From: Escherichia coli O127:H6 str. E2348/69
GTDB taxonomy: Bacteria > Pseudomonadota > Gammaproteobacteria > Enterobacterales > Enterobacteriaceae
Length of the DNA stretch: 64,000 bases
Strand: one strand, 5' to 3'
Assembly: GCF_000026545.1 (NCBI RefSeq)
Contig: NC_011601.1
Below, one piece after another: positions 1 through 11,532 of the stretch. The number at the start of each line of letters is the position of its first letter. Within the stretch, counting starts at the first letter, position 1. Under the pieces are notes generated by a model. That model ran no database searches. It was not told the DNA's origin and worked only from the letters and a program-made list of their open reading frames with translations. The translations under genes and the position numbers were made by a program.

Positions 1-1790
1 CGCTCACCGGCCGTTTTCTGCAGGCAAGTGTCATTGAACCGAATTGTAGCCTGCGTGCACAGTATCTGGCGTCACTACAAACAACGCTGCAACCCTATAT
101 GTGGAACGCGGTTATTCTTGGATTAGGTATGGGGGAACGGTTATCCGTCCCCAAAGAAATCAAAAATATCATGCGTGATACTGGAACGGCGCATTTAATG
201 GCAATATCAGGATTGCACATCGCTTTTGCGGCGTTGCTGGCTGCAGGACTCATTCGCGGTGGGCAAGTTTTTCTGCCTGGGTGCTGGATCCACTGGCAAA
301 TGCCATTAATTGGTGGAATCTGCTGTGCTGCTTTTTATGCCTGGCTTACGGGAATGCAACCTCCTGCATTGCGTACTGTGGTGGCGCTTGCCATTTGGGG
401 AATGCTTAAGTTAAGTGGACGACAATGGAGTGGCTGGGATGTATGGATATGTTGTCTGGCGGCAATTTTGCTGATGGATCCTGTTGCCATTCTCTCGCAA
501 AGTTTATGGCTCTCTGCCGCTGCGGTCGCGGCACTGATTTTTTGGTATCAGTGGTTTCCCTGTCCGGAGTGGCAGCTGCCGCCGGTATTGCGCGCGGTTG
601 TTTCCCTCATCCATCTGCAACTGGGAATCACCCTCCTGCTTATGCCCGTGCAAATTGTCATATTTCATGGCATTAGTCTGACCTCATTTATTGCAAATCT
701 TTTTGCAATTCCCCTGGTGACATTTATCACGGTTCCGTTGATTCTCGCCGCGATGGTTGTGCATTTAAGCGGGCCGTTTATTCTGGAACAAGGGGTATGG
801 TTTCTTGCCGACCGGTCTTTGGCTTTACTTTTCTGGGGGTTAAAGAGTTTGCCGGAAGGGTGGATCAACATTGCTGAACGTTGGCAATGGCTAACATTTT
901 CCCCATGGTTCTTACTGGTGGTATGGCGATTAAACGCCTGGCGAACGTTGCCAGCAATGTGTGTGGCTGTAGGCTTGCTGATGTGCTTGCCGCTGTGGCA
1001 AAAACCTCGACCTGACGAGTGGCAAGTGTACATGCTTGATGTCGGGCAAGGGCTGGCAATGGTCATTGCGCGAAACGGCAAAGCGATTCTCTATGACACG
1101 GGACTGGCCTGGCCCGAAGGGGATAGTGGGCAACAACTGATTATCCCCTGGCTCCACTGGCATAATCTTGAACCGGAAGGCGTTATTTTGAGTCATGAAC
1201 ATCTGGATCACCGGGGAGGGCTGGACTCAATATTGCACACATGGCCGATGTTATGGATCCGAAGTCCGTTAAACTGGGAACATCATCAGCCCTGTATGCG
1301 TGGCGAAGCGTGGCAATGGCAAGGATTGCGTTTCAGCGCGCACTGGCCTTTACAAGGAAGCAACGATAAAGGAAATAACCATTCCTGTGTGGTTAAGATT
1401 GATGACGGGACGAATAGCATTCTTCTAACCGGTGATATTGAAGCCCCCGCTGAACAAAAGATGCTAAGCCGTTACTGGCAGCAAATGCAGGCAACATTAC
1501 TTCAGGTACCTCACCATGGCAGTAATACCTCATCATCGTTGCCATTAATTCAGCGAGTGAATGGAAAAGTGGCACTCGCATCGGCATCGCGCTATAACGC
1601 ATGGCGACTGCCCTCAAGCAAAGTTAAACATCGCTATCAACAACAGGGTTATAAGTGGCTTGATACTCCACATCAGGGTCAAATAACGGTCAATTTTTCA
1701 GCGCAAGGCTGGTGGATTAGCAGCCTCAGAGAGCAAATTTTACCTCGTTGGTATCATCAGTGGTTTGGCGTGCCAGTGGATAACGGGTAG
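1..1790 (+). CDS. ycaI: ComEC/Rec2-family competence protein homolog, C-terminal part (5' end lies upstream of the window)
   Basis: ORF 99..1790 runs open to the window edge in the same frame; polytopic membrane region followed by a metallo-beta-lactamase-like domain with SHEHLDHRGG motif; position immediately upstream of msbA as in E. coli. Confidence 0.85.
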   Translation, partial: LTGRFLQASVIEPNCSLRAQYLASLQTTLQPYMWNAVILGLGMGERLSVPKEIKNIMRDTGTAHLMAISGLHIAFAALLAAGLIRGGQVFLPGCWIHWQMPLIGGICCAAFYAWLTGMQPPALRTVVALAIWGMLKLSGRQWSGWDVWICCLAAILLMDPVAILSQSLWLSAAAVAALIFWYQWFPCPEWQLPPVLRAVVSLIHLQLGITLLLMPVQIVIFHGISLTSFIANLFAIPLVTFITVPLILAAMVVHLSGPFILEQGVWFLADRSLALLFWGLKSLPEGWINIAERWQWLTFSPWFLLVVWRLNAWRTLPAMCVAVGLLMCLPLWQKPRPDEWQVYMLDVGQGLAMVIARNGKAILYDTGLAWPEGDSGQQLIIPWLHWHNLEPEGVILSHEHLDHRGGLDSILHTWPMLWIRSPLNWEHHQPCMRGEAWQWQGLRFSAHWPLQGSNDKGNNHSCVVKIDDGTNSILLTGDIEAPAEQKMLSRYWQQMQATLLQVPHHGSNTSSSLPLIQRVNGKVALASASRYNAWRLPSSKVKHRYQQQGYKWLDTPHQGQITVNFSAQGWWISSLREQILPRWYHQWFGVPVDNG

Positions 1791-1826
1791 AATATGTGGC
1801 TATTTCAACAAATGCTGGTTTTTTGA

Positions 1827-3575
1827 ATGCATAACGACAAAGATCTCTCTACGTGGCAGACGTTCCGCCGACTGTGGCCAACCATTGCGCCTTTTAAAGC
1901 GGGTCTGATCGTGGCGGGCGTAGCGTTAATCCTCAACGCAGCCAGCGATACCTTCATGTTATCGCTCCTTAAGCCACTTCTTGATGATGGCTTTGGTAAA
2001 ACAGATCGCTCCGTGCTGATGTGGATGCCGCTGGTGGTGATCGGGCTGATGATTTTACGTGGTATCACCAGCTATATCTCCAGCTACTGTATCTCCTGGG
2101 TATCAGGAAAGGTGGTAATGACTATGCGTCGCCGCCTGTTTGGTCACATGATGGGAATGCCGGTTTCATTCTTTGACAAACAGTCAACGGGTACGCTGTT
2201 GTCACGTATCACCTACGATTCCGAACAGGTCGCTTCTTCTTCTTCCGGCGCACTGATTACTGTTGTGCGTGAAGGTGCGTCGATCATCGGCCTGTTCATC
2301 ATGATGTTCTATTACAGTTGGCAACTGTCGATCATTTTGATTGTGCTGGCACCGATTGTTTCGATTGCGATTCGCGTTGTATCGAAGCGTTTTCGCAACA
2401 TCAGTAAAAACATGCAGAACACCATGGGGCAGGTGACCACCAGCGCCGAACAAATGCTGAAAGGCCATAAAGAAGTATTGATTTTCGGTGGTCAGGAAGT
2501 GGAAACGAAACGCTTCGATAAAGTCAGTAACCGAATGCGTCTTCAGGGGATGAAAATGGTTTCAGCCTCTTCTATCTCTGATCCGATCATTCAGCTGATC
2601 GCCTCTTTGGCGCTGGCGTTTGTTCTGTATGCAGCAAGCTTCCCAAGTGTCATGGATAGCCTGACTGCCGGTACGATTACCGTTGTTTTCTCTTCAATGA
2701 TTGCACTTATGCGTCCGCTGAAATCGCTGACCAACGTTAACGCCCAGTTCCAGCGTGGTATGGCGGCTTGTCAGACGCTGTTTACCATTCTGGACAGTGA
2801 GCAGGAGAAAGACGAAGGTAAGCGCGTGATCGAGCGTGCAACTGGCGACGTGGAATTTCGCAATGTCACCTTTACTTATCCAGGACGTGACGTGCCCGCA
2901 TTGCGTAACATCAACCTGAAAATTCCGGCAGGGAAGACGGTTGCTCTGGTTGGACGATCTGGTTCAGGTAAATCAACCATCGCCAGCCTAATCACACGTT
3001 TTTACGATATTGATGAAGGCGAAATCCTGATGGATGGTCACGATCTGCGCGAGTATACCCTGGCGTCGTTACGTAACCAGGTTGCTCTGGTGTCGCAGAA
3101 TGTCCATCTGTTTAACGATACGGTTGCCAACAACATTGCTTACGCAAGGACTGAACAGTACAGCCGTGAGCAAATTGAAGAAGCTGCGCGTATGGCCTAC
3201 GCCATGGACTTCATCAATAAGATGGATAACGGTCTCGATACAGTCATTGGTGAAAACGGCGTGCTGCTCTCTGGCGGTCAGCGTCAGCGTATTGCTATCG
3301 CTCGAGCCTTGTTGCGTGATAGCCCGATACTGATTCTGGACGAAGCTACCTCGGCGTTGGATACCGAATCCGAACGTGCGATTCAGGCGGCACTGGATGA
3401 GTTGCAGAAAAACCGTACCTCTCTGGTGATTGCCCACCGCTTGTCTACCATTGAAAAGGCAGACGAAATCGTGGTTGTCGAGGATGGTGTCATTGTGGAA
3501 CGCGGTACGCATAACGATTTGCTTGAGCGCCGTGGCGTTTACGCGCAACTTCACAAAATGCAGTTTGGCCAATGA
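1827..3575 (+). CDS. msbA: Lipid A/LPS flippase, ABC transporter permease-ATPase MsbA (582 aa)
   Basis: 582-aa ORF; N-terminal transmembrane domain, Walker [13 protein letters not shown] signature LSGGQRQR, Walker [14 protein letters not shown] overlap with lpxK. Confidence 0.97.
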   Translation: MHNDKDLSTWQTFRRLWPTIAPFKAGLIVAGVALILNAASDTFMLSLLKPLLDDGFGKTDRSVLMWMPLVVIGLMILRGITSYISSYCISWVSGKVVMTMRRRLFGHMMGMPVSFFDKQSTGTLLSRITYDSEQVASSSSGALITVVREGASIIGLFIMMFYYSWQLSIILIVLAPIVSIAIRVVSKRFRNISKNMQNTMGQVTTSAEQMLKGHKEVLIFGGQEVETKRFDKVSNRMRLQGMKMVSASSISDPIIQLIASLALAFVLYAASFPSVMDSLTAGTITVVFSSMIALMRPLKSLTNVNAQFQRGMAACQTLFTILDSEQEKDEGKRVIERATGDVEFRNVTFTYPGRDVPALRNINLKIPAGKTVALVGRSGSGKSTIASLITRFYDIDEGEILMDGHDLREYTLASLRNQVALVSQNVHLFNDTVANNIAYARTEQYSREQIEEAARMAYAMDFINKMDNGLDTVIGENGVLLSGGQRQRIAIARALLRDSPILILDEATSALDTESERAIQAALDELQKNRTSLVIAHRLSTIEKADEIVVVEDGVIVERGTHNDLLERRGVYAQLHKMQFGQ

Positions 3576-4558
3576 TCGAAAAAATCTGGTCTGGTGAATC
3601 CCCTTTATGGCGGCTATTGCTGCCACTCTCCTGGTTGTATGGCCTGGTGAGTGGCGCGATCCGTCTTTGCTATAAACTAAAACTGAAGCGCGCCTGGCGT
3701 GCCCCCGTACCGGTTGTCGTGGTTGGTAATCTCACCGCAGGCGGCAACGGAAAAACCCCGGTCGTTGTCTGGCTGGTGGAACAGCTGCAACAGCGCGGTA
3801 TTCGCGTGGGGGTTGTATCGCGGGGATATGGTGGTAAGGCTGAATCTTATCCGCTGTTATTGTCGGCAGATACCACCACAGCACAGGCGGGTGATGAACC
3901 TGTGTTGATTTATCAACGCACTGGCGCACCTGTTGCGGTTTCTCCCGTGCGTTCTGACGCGGTAAAAGCCATTCTGGCGCAACACCCTGATGTGCAGATC
4001 ATCGTAACCGACGATGGTTTACAGCATTATCGTCTGGCGCGTGATGTGGAAATTGTCGTTATTGATGGTGTGCGTCGCTTTGGCAATGGCTGGTGGTTGC
4101 CGGCGGGGTCAATGCGTGAGCGAGCGGGGCGCTTAAAGTCGGTTGATGCGGTAATCGTCAACGGCGGTGTCCCCCGCAGCGGTGAAATCCCCATGCATCT
4201 GCTGCCGGGTCAGGCGGTGAATTTACGTACCGGTACGCGTTGTGACGTTGCTCAGCTTGAACATGTGGTGGCGATTGCGGGGATTGGGCATCCGCCGCGC
4301 TTTTTTGCCACGCTGAAGATGTGCGGCGTACAACCGGAAAAATGTGTACCGCTGGCCGATCATCAGTCTTTGAATCATGCGGATGTCAGCGCGTTGGTAA
4401 GCGCCGGACAAACGCTGGTAATGACTGAAAAAGATGCGGTGAAATGCCGGGCCTTTGCAGAAGAAAATTGGTGGTATTTGCCTGTAGACGCACAGCTTTC
4501 AGGTGATGAACCAGCGAAACTGCTTGCGCAACTAACCTCGCTGGCTTCTGGCCACTAG
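3572..4558 (+). CDS. lpxK: Tetraacyldisaccharide 4'-kinase LpxK (328 aa)
   Basis: 328-aa ORF with P-loop [12 protein letters not shown]; start overlaps msbA stop (translational coupling); conserved msbA-lpxK arrangement. Confidence 0.95.
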   Translation: MIEKIWSGESPLWRLLLPLSWLYGLVSGAIRLCYKLKLKRAWRAPVPVVVVGNLTAGGNGKTPVVVWLVEQLQQRGIRVGVVSRGYGGKAESYPLLLSADTTTAQAGDEPVLIYQRTGAPVAVSPVRSDAVKAILAQHPDVQIIVTDDGLQHYRLARDVEIVVIDGVRRFGNGWWLPAGSMRERAGRLKSVDAVIVNGGVPRSGEIPMHLLPGQAVNLRTGTRCDVAQLEHVVAIAGIGHPPRFFATLKMCGVQPEKCVPLADHQSLNHADVSALVSAGQTLVMTEKDAVKCRAFAEENWWYLPVDAQLSGDEPAKLLAQLTSLASGH

Positions 4559-4594
4559 TTACGCCGCGGCAGCGTTCGATTGATGGAGTCATGA

Positions 4595-5827
4595 ATGTCG
4601 CTGCCGCACCTCTCCCTTGCTGATGCGCGTAATCTTCACCTTGCCGCGCAAGGCCTGTTAAACAAACCCCGCCGTCGAGCCTCGTTGGAGGATATTCCGG
4701 CAACGATCTCCCGCATGTCCTTGCTGCAAATCGATACCATCAATATTGTTGCCCGTAGTCCATATCTGGTGCTTTTCAGTCGTCTGGGAAATTATCCTGC
4801 CCAGTGGCTGGATGAGTCTCTGGCGCGTGGCGAATTAATGGAATACTGGGCGCATGAAGCCTGCTTTATGCCGCGTAGCGATTTTCGTCTTATTCGCCAC
4901 CGCATGCTGGCACCTGAAAAAATGGGCTGGAAATATAAAGACGCCTGGATGCAGGAACATGCGGCGGAAATTGCACAGTTAATTCAGCATATTCATGATA
5001 AGGGGCCAGTACGTTCAGCCGATTTTGAGCATCCTCGTAAAGGGGCGAGCGGCTGGTGGGAGTGGAAGCCGCATAAACGACATCTGGAAGGTTTATTTAC
5101 TGCCGGAAAGGTGATGGTGATTGAACGGCGCAACTTCCAGCGCGTTTATGATTTAACTCACCGTGTCATGCCTGAGTGGAATGATGAGCGCGATCTCGTT
5201 TCGCAAGCAGAAGCAGAAATCATCATGCTGGATAACAGTGCGCGTAGCCTGGGAATATTTCGCGAACAGTGGCTGGCAGATTACTACCGGCTAAAACGTC
5301 CGGCACTGGCGGCGTGGCGTGAAGCGAGGGCTGAACAGCAGCAAATCATTGCTGTGCATGTTGAAAAATTGGGCAATCTTTGGCTGCATGCTGATTTGCT
5401 GCCGCTACTCGAGCGTGCGCTCGCCGGAAAGCTCACTGCAACGCACAGCGCGGTACTTTCGCCTTTTGATCCTGTTGTCTGGGATCGCAAACGCGCGGAG
5501 CAGCTTTTTGATTTTAGCTACCGGCTGGAGTGCTATATCCCAGCGCCGAAACGCCAGTATGGCTATTTTGTTCTGCCGTTATTACATCGTGGGCAATTAG
5601 TTGGGCGAATGGATGCCAAAATGCATCGCCAGACAGGCATCCTGGAAGTTATCTCTCTGTGGTTACAGGAAGGCATTAAGCCAACGACAACGCTGCAAAA
5701 AGGGTTACGTCAGGCGATTACTGATTTCGCTAACTGGCAGCAGGCAACGCGGGTGACATTACGACGCTGCCCGCAAGGCCTCTTTACTGATTGCCGCGCC
5801 GGCTGGGAAATAGACCCCGTCGCATAA
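4595..5827 (+). CDS. ycaQ: Winged-helix DNA glycosylase YcaQ (410 aa)
   Basis: 410-aa ORF matching recalled YcaQ length and position between lpxK and ycaR. Confidence 0.88.
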   Translation: MSLPHLSLADARNLHLAAQGLLNKPRRRASLEDIPATISRMSLLQIDTINIVARSPYLVLFSRLGNYPAQWLDESLARGELMEYWAHEACFMPRSDFRLIRHRMLAPEKMGWKYKDAWMQEHAAEIAQLIQHIHDKGPVRSADFEHPRKGASGWWEWKPHKRHLEGLFTAGKVMVIERRNFQRVYDLTHRVMPEWNDERDLVSQAEAEIIMLDNSARSLGIFREQWLADYYRLKRPALAAWREARAEQQQIIAVHVEKLGNLWLHADLLPLLERALAGKLTATHSAVLSPFDPVVWDRKRAEQLFDFSYRLECYIPAPKRQYGYFVLPLLHRGQLVGRMDAKMHRQTGILEVISLWLQEGIKPTTTLQKGLRQAITDFANWQQATRVTLRRCPQGLFTDCRAGWEIDPVA

Positions 5828-5878
5828 ATGATTATGATAAGATTTATGCATTCATAACCCGATCCATCTGGAGGAACT

Positions 5879-6804
<926 letters not shown>

Positions 6805-6810
6805 TTTCAC

Positions 6811-6846
6811 TTCACGACACTCCAGCCAATTTTGGGAGGAGTGTCG
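6811..6846 (+). terminator. Possible stem-loop downstream of kdsB (weak intrinsic terminator candidate)
   Basis: Inverted repeat cgacactcc...ggagtgtcg at 6815-6846 directly after the kdsB stop; no strong adjacent T-run. Confidence 0.3.
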
Positions 6847-6957
6847 TACCGTTACGATTTTCCTCAATTTTTCTTTTCAACAATTGATCTCATTCAGGTG
6901 ACATCTTTTATATTGGCGCTCATTATGAAAGCAGTAGCTTTTATGAGGGTAATCTGA

Positions 6958-7851
6958 ATGGAACAGCTGCGTGCCGAATTAAGCCATTTACTGGGCGAAA
7001 AACTCAGTCGTATTGAGTGCGTCAATGAAAAAGCGGATACGGCGTTGTGGGCTTTGTATGACAGCCAGGGAAACCCAATGCCGTTAATGGCAAGAAGCTT
7101 TAGTGCGCCCGGAAAAGCCCGACAACTGGCATGGAAAACCACCATGCTGGCAAGAAGTGGGACTGTCCGTATGCCGACTATTTATGGTGTGATGACGCAT
7201 GAAGAACACCCCGGCCCCGATGTCCTGCTACTGGAGCGAATGCGTGGTGTTTCGGTGGAGGCACCAGCCCGAACACCAGAACGCTGGGAACAACTCAAAG
7301 ATCAAATCGTTGAAGCCTTACTGGCCTGGCACCGTCAGGACAGTCGTGGTTGCGTCGGCGCGGTCGACAATACTCAGGAAAATTTCTGGCCCTCATGGTA
7401 CCGGCAACATGTTGAAGTGCTATGGACCACGCTCAATCAGTTCAATAACACCGGTCTAACGATGCAGGATAAGCGGATCCTGTTTCGCACTCGCGAATGT
7501 CTCCCGGCATTATTTGAAGGCTTTAACGACAATTGTGTACTGATTCACGGTAACTTCTGTTTACGTAGCATGCTGAAAGATTCGCGCAGCGATCAGTTAC
7601 TGGCGATGGTCGGACCGGGACTAATGCTTTGGGCACCGCGAGAATACGAACTGTTCCGACTAATGGATAATTCTCTGGCGGAAGATTTGCTCTGGAGTTA
7701 TCTGCAACGCGCGCCAGTGGCGGAGTCGTTCATCTGGCGGCGTTGGTTGTATGTGTTATGGGATGAAGTTGCGCAACTGGTCAACACCGGACGATTTAGT
7801 CGGCGTAACTTCGATCTGGCATCAAAATCACTCTTGCCGTGGCTCGCCTGA
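6958..7851 (+). CDS. ycbJ: Conserved kinase-like protein YcbJ (297 aa)
   Basis: 297-aa ORF, length and position match YcbJ; 3' end overlaps the convergent elyC by 24 bp. Confidence 0.82.
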   Translation: MEQLRAELSHLLGEKLSRIECVNEKADTALWALYDSQGNPMPLMARSFSAPGKARQLAWKTTMLARSGTVRMPTIYGVMTHEEHPGPDVLLLERMRGVSVEAPARTPERWEQLKDQIVEALLAWHRQDSRGCVGAVDNTQENFWPSWYRQHVEVLWTTLNQFNNTGLTMQDKRILFRTRECLPALFEGFNDNCVLIHGNFCLRSMLKDSRSDQLLAMVGPGLMLWAPREYELFRLMDNSLAEDLLWSYLQRAPVAESFIWRRWLYVLWDEVAQLVNTGRFSRRNFDLASKSLLPWLA

Positions 7852-8607
7852 CGAACCTTTCAGCCACTGCCAGATCCGGCCAAGCGTTTCATAGCCAACG
7901 CGGTCGCTATGCATCAACCAAACCGGAGAAGGGATTGCCCGTTCCCACGGATTAAGCGGCGAGTCGATGGCCAACTGATTCGCCGGGGCTGGTAGCGGAT
8001 TTAACCCTTCCTGCTGAAAAAAGATCATCGCCCGCGGCAGATGTGATGCGGAGGTCACCAGCAGGAAAGGTGCGTCACCAATCGCCTGTTTCACTGCTGC
8101 AGCTTCTTCTTCGGTATCTTTTGGCAAATCCAGGGTGATAATTTGCTCGCGCGGCACGCCCAGCGATTGCGCAACTCTGGCACCTACTTCGGCTGTGCTC
8201 ACCGTATTGGTTTTAGCTACGCCTCCCGTAAAGATCAGTTTTGATCCCGGATTTTCGCGCCATAAGCGAATACCTTCATTCAGGCGTGGCAGACTGTTAT
8301 TGATTAAATTAGAGCTCGGCGCCCACTGCGGGTTCCAAGTATAACCACCTCCGAGCACCACGATATAGTCCACTTTTTGCGAATTATTCCATGTCGGATA
8401 AGTGCTTTCGATGGGACGCAACAGGCGGTCGGCTATCGGTTGCAAACTCAATAACAAGAGCGCCAGCCACCCAATGCTAATAAAAATCTTCCCGGTTTTT
8501 TGAAAACGGCTAAACCACAGCAGCGCCAGGCCAGCGCCAATAATCAACAACATCAGCGGAAGTGGCAGCAACATATTGCCAATCACTTTTTTCAGTGTAA
8601 AAAGCAT
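7828..8607 (-). CDS. elyC: Envelope biogenesis factor ElyC (YcbC), DUF218 membrane protein (259 aa)
   Basis: 259-aa ORF with N-terminal transmembrane segment; conserved position divergent from cmoM. Confidence 0.85.
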   Translation of the reverse strand: MLFTLKKVIGNMLLPLPLMLLIIGAGLALLWFSRFQKTGKIFISIGWLALLLLSLQPIADRLLRPIESTYPTWNNSQKVDYIVVLGGGYTWNPQWAPSSNLINNSLPRLNEGIRLWRENPGSKLIFTGGVAKTNTVSTAEVGARVAQSLGVPREQIITLDLPKDTEEEAAAVKQAIGDAPFLLVTSASHLPRAMIFFQQEGLNPLPAPANQLAIDSPLNPWERAIPSPVWLMHSDRVGYETLGRIWQWLKGSSGEPRQE

Positions 8608-8742
8608 CCTTTCTGGTTCCTTTTTTGACCATATAGCAAGGGATCGCCAGCGATATTACACCAGACGGGTTCATTCTCGCCGTGGCTGTGACAAAATAGC
8701 GTCTTTATCAGAAAACGTCTTAGCCAACCGGTGGAGAAAGCA

Positions 8743-9528
8743 ATGCAGGATCGCAATTTTGATGATATTGCGGAAAAGTTTTCCCGTAACATTTACGGCA
8801 CCACCAAAGGGCAGCTTCGACAGGCTATTCTGTGGCAGGATCTCGATCGCGTGCTGGCGGAAATGGGCCCGCAAAAACTGCGTGTGCTGGATGCTGGCGG
8901 TGGAGAAGGGCAGACCGCAATCAAAATGGCCGAGCGTGGGCATCAGGTCATTTTATGCGATCTTTCTGCGCAGATGATCGACCGCGCAAAACAGGCGGCA
9001 GAAGCAAAAGGTGTGAGCGACAACATGCAATTTATACATTGCGCCGCTCAGGATGTTGCTTCGCATTTGGAAACGCCCGTTGATCTGATATTGTTCCATG
9101 CGGTGCTGGAGTGGGTGGCCGATCCCCGCAGCGTATTGCAGACCCTGTGGTCAGTGTTGCGTCCAGGCGGCGTGTTGTCGTTAATGTTCTACAATGCGCA
9201 TGGTTTGTTGATGCATAACATGGTCGCCGGGAATTTTGATTACGTGCAGGCGGGAATGCCGAAAAAGAAAAAACGGACGCTTTCGCCAGATTATCCACGC
9301 GACCCGGCGCAGGTTTATCTGTGGCTGGAAGAAGCTGGTTGGCAAATTCTGGGTAAGACAGGCGTTCGCGTGTTTCATGATTATCTGCGCGAGAAGCATC
9401 AGCAGCGCGACTGCTATGAAGCATTACTTGAATTAGAAACGCGTTATTGCCGTCAGGAACCGTATATTACCCTGGGGCGTTATATTCATGTCACCGCGCG
9501 CAAACCGCAGAGCAAGGATAAAGTATGA
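8743..9528 (+). CDS. cmoM: SAM-dependent methyltransferase CmoM (formerly SmtA), tRNA mcmo5U methyltransferase (261 aa)
   Basis: ORF-track entry 8731..9528 starts at GTG; ATG at 8743 gives a 261-aa product; SAM-binding motif VLDAGGGEG; stop overlaps mukF start. Confidence 0.85.
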   Translation: MQDRNFDDIAEKFSRNIYGTTKGQLRQAILWQDLDRVLAEMGPQKLRVLDAGGGEGQTAIKMAERGHQVILCDLSAQMIDRAKQAAEAKGVSDNMQFIHCAAQDVASHLETPVDLILFHAVLEWVADPRSVLQTLWSVLRPGGVLSLMFYNAHGLLMHNMVAGNFDYVQAGMPKKKKRTLSPDYPRDPAQVYLWLEEAGWQILGKTGVRVFHDYLREKHQQRDCYEALLELETRYCRQEPYITLGRYIHVTARKPQSKDKV

Positions 9529-10847
9529 GTGAATTTTCCCAGACAGTCCCCGAACTGGTTGCCTGGGCCAGAAAAAATGACTTCTCCATCTCGCTGCCGG
9601 TAGACCGACTCTCTTTTCTGCTGGCGGTTGCCACGCTGAACGGCGAGCGTCTGGATGGTGAGATGAGTGAAGGCGAGCTGGTGGATGCATTCCGCCATGT
9701 GAGTGATGCGTTTGAGCAAACCAGCGAAACCATCGGCGTGCGCGCCAACAACGCGATCAACGACATGGTGCGTCAACGTCTGCTGAACCGCTTTACCAGC
9801 GAGCAGGCGGAAGGGAACGCAATTTACCGTCTGACGCCGCTCGGCATCGGCATCACTGACTATTACATTCGTCAGCGCGAGTTTTCTACGCTGCGCCTTT
9901 CTATGCAGTTGTCGATTGTGGCGGGTGAGCTCAAACGCGCAGCAGATGCCGCCGAAGAGGGCGGTGATGAATTTCACTGGCACCGTAATGTTTATGCGCC
10001 ACTGAAATATTCGGTAGCAGAAATTTTCGACAGTATCGACCTGACGCAACGTCTGATGGATGAACAGCAGCAGCAGGTGAAGGATGATATCGCCCAGTTG
10101 TTGAACAAAGACTGGCGGGCGGCGATTTCCAGCTGTGAATTGTTGCTTTCAGAAACTTCCGGCACGCTGCGTGAATTGCAGGATACGCTGGAAGCGGCAG
10201 GCGATAAATTGCAGGCCAACCTGTTACGCATTCAGGATGCGACGATGATCCATGACGATCTGCATTTTGTCGATCGTCTGGTATTCGATCTGCAGAGCAA
10301 ACTTGACCGTATTATCAGCTGGGGCCAGCAATCCATCGACTTGTGGATTGGCTACGACCGCCACGTACACAAATTTATTCGTACTGCGATCGATATGGAT
10401 AAAAACCGCGTCTTTGCTCAGCGGTTACGTCAGTCGGTACAAACCTATTTTGATGAGCCGTGGGCGCTAACTTATGCCAATGCCGATCGTCTGCTGGATA
10501 TGCGTGATGAAGAGATGGTACTGCGCGATGAAGAAGTGACTGGGGAACTTCCTGAGGATCTGGAGTACGAAGAGTTTAACGAGATCCGCGAACAGCTGGC
10601 GGCGATCATCGAAGAACAACTTGCCGTGTACAAAACCAGACAAGTGCCGTTGGATCTTGGTCTGGTGGTACGCGAATATCTGTCACAGTATCCGCGTGCA
10701 CGTCACTTTGACGTTGCGCGCATTGTTATTGATCAGGCGGTACGTCTTGGCGTAGCGCAAGCAGATTTCACCGGACTGCCAGCGAAATGGCAGCCGATTA
10801 ATGATTACGGAGCCAAGGTACAGGCGCATGTCATCGACAAATATTGA
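9525..10847 (+). CDS. mukF: Chromosome partition protein MukF (kleisin, 440 aa)
   Basis: 440-aa ORF; first gene of the mukFEB cluster; overlaps mukE. Confidence 0.95.
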
Positions 10848-11532
10848 ACAAGTGATGCCGGTTAAGCTGGCGCAGGCGCTGGCGAATCCGTTATTTCCGG
10901 CGCTGGATAGCGCCTTACGTTCAGGCCGCCATATTGGCCTCGACGAACTGGATAATCATGCATTCCTGATGGATTTTCAGGAATATCTGGAAGAGTTTTA
11001 CGCGCGTTATAACGTTGAGCTTATTCGTGCACCGGAAGGGTTCTTCTATCTACGCCCACGTTCCACCACGCTGATCCCTCGTTCCGTCTTGTCGGAACTG
11101 GATATGATGGTCGGGAAAATCCTCTGTTATCTCTATCTCAGCCCGGAACGGCTGGCGAATGAGGGGATTTTTACTCAACAGGAACTGTACGACGAACTGC
11201 TCACCCTGGCCGATGAAGCGAAACTGCTGAAACTGGTGAACAACCGTTCAACCGGTTCAGACGTTGACCGTCAGAAGTTGCAGGAAAAAGTACGTTCTTC
11301 GCTCAACCGTTTGCGTCGTTTAGGCATGGTGTGGTTTATGGGCCACGACAGCAGCAAGTTCCGCATTACCGAATCGGTGTTCCGCTTCGGAGCCGATGTG
11401 CGTGCTGGCGACGATCCCCGTGAAGCACAGCGTCGCCTGATTCGTGATGGTGAAGCAATGCCGATTGAAAATCATCTGCAACTCAACGATGAAACCGAAG
11501 AGAGTCAGCCAGATAGCGGAGAGGAAGAATAA
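10828..11532 (+). CDS. mukE: Chromosome partition protein MukE (234 aa)
   Basis: ORF-track entry starts at 10801; ATG at 10828 gives the [15 protein letters not shown]-terminus (234 aa); acidic C-terminus; TAATG overlap with mukB. Confidence 0.9.
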
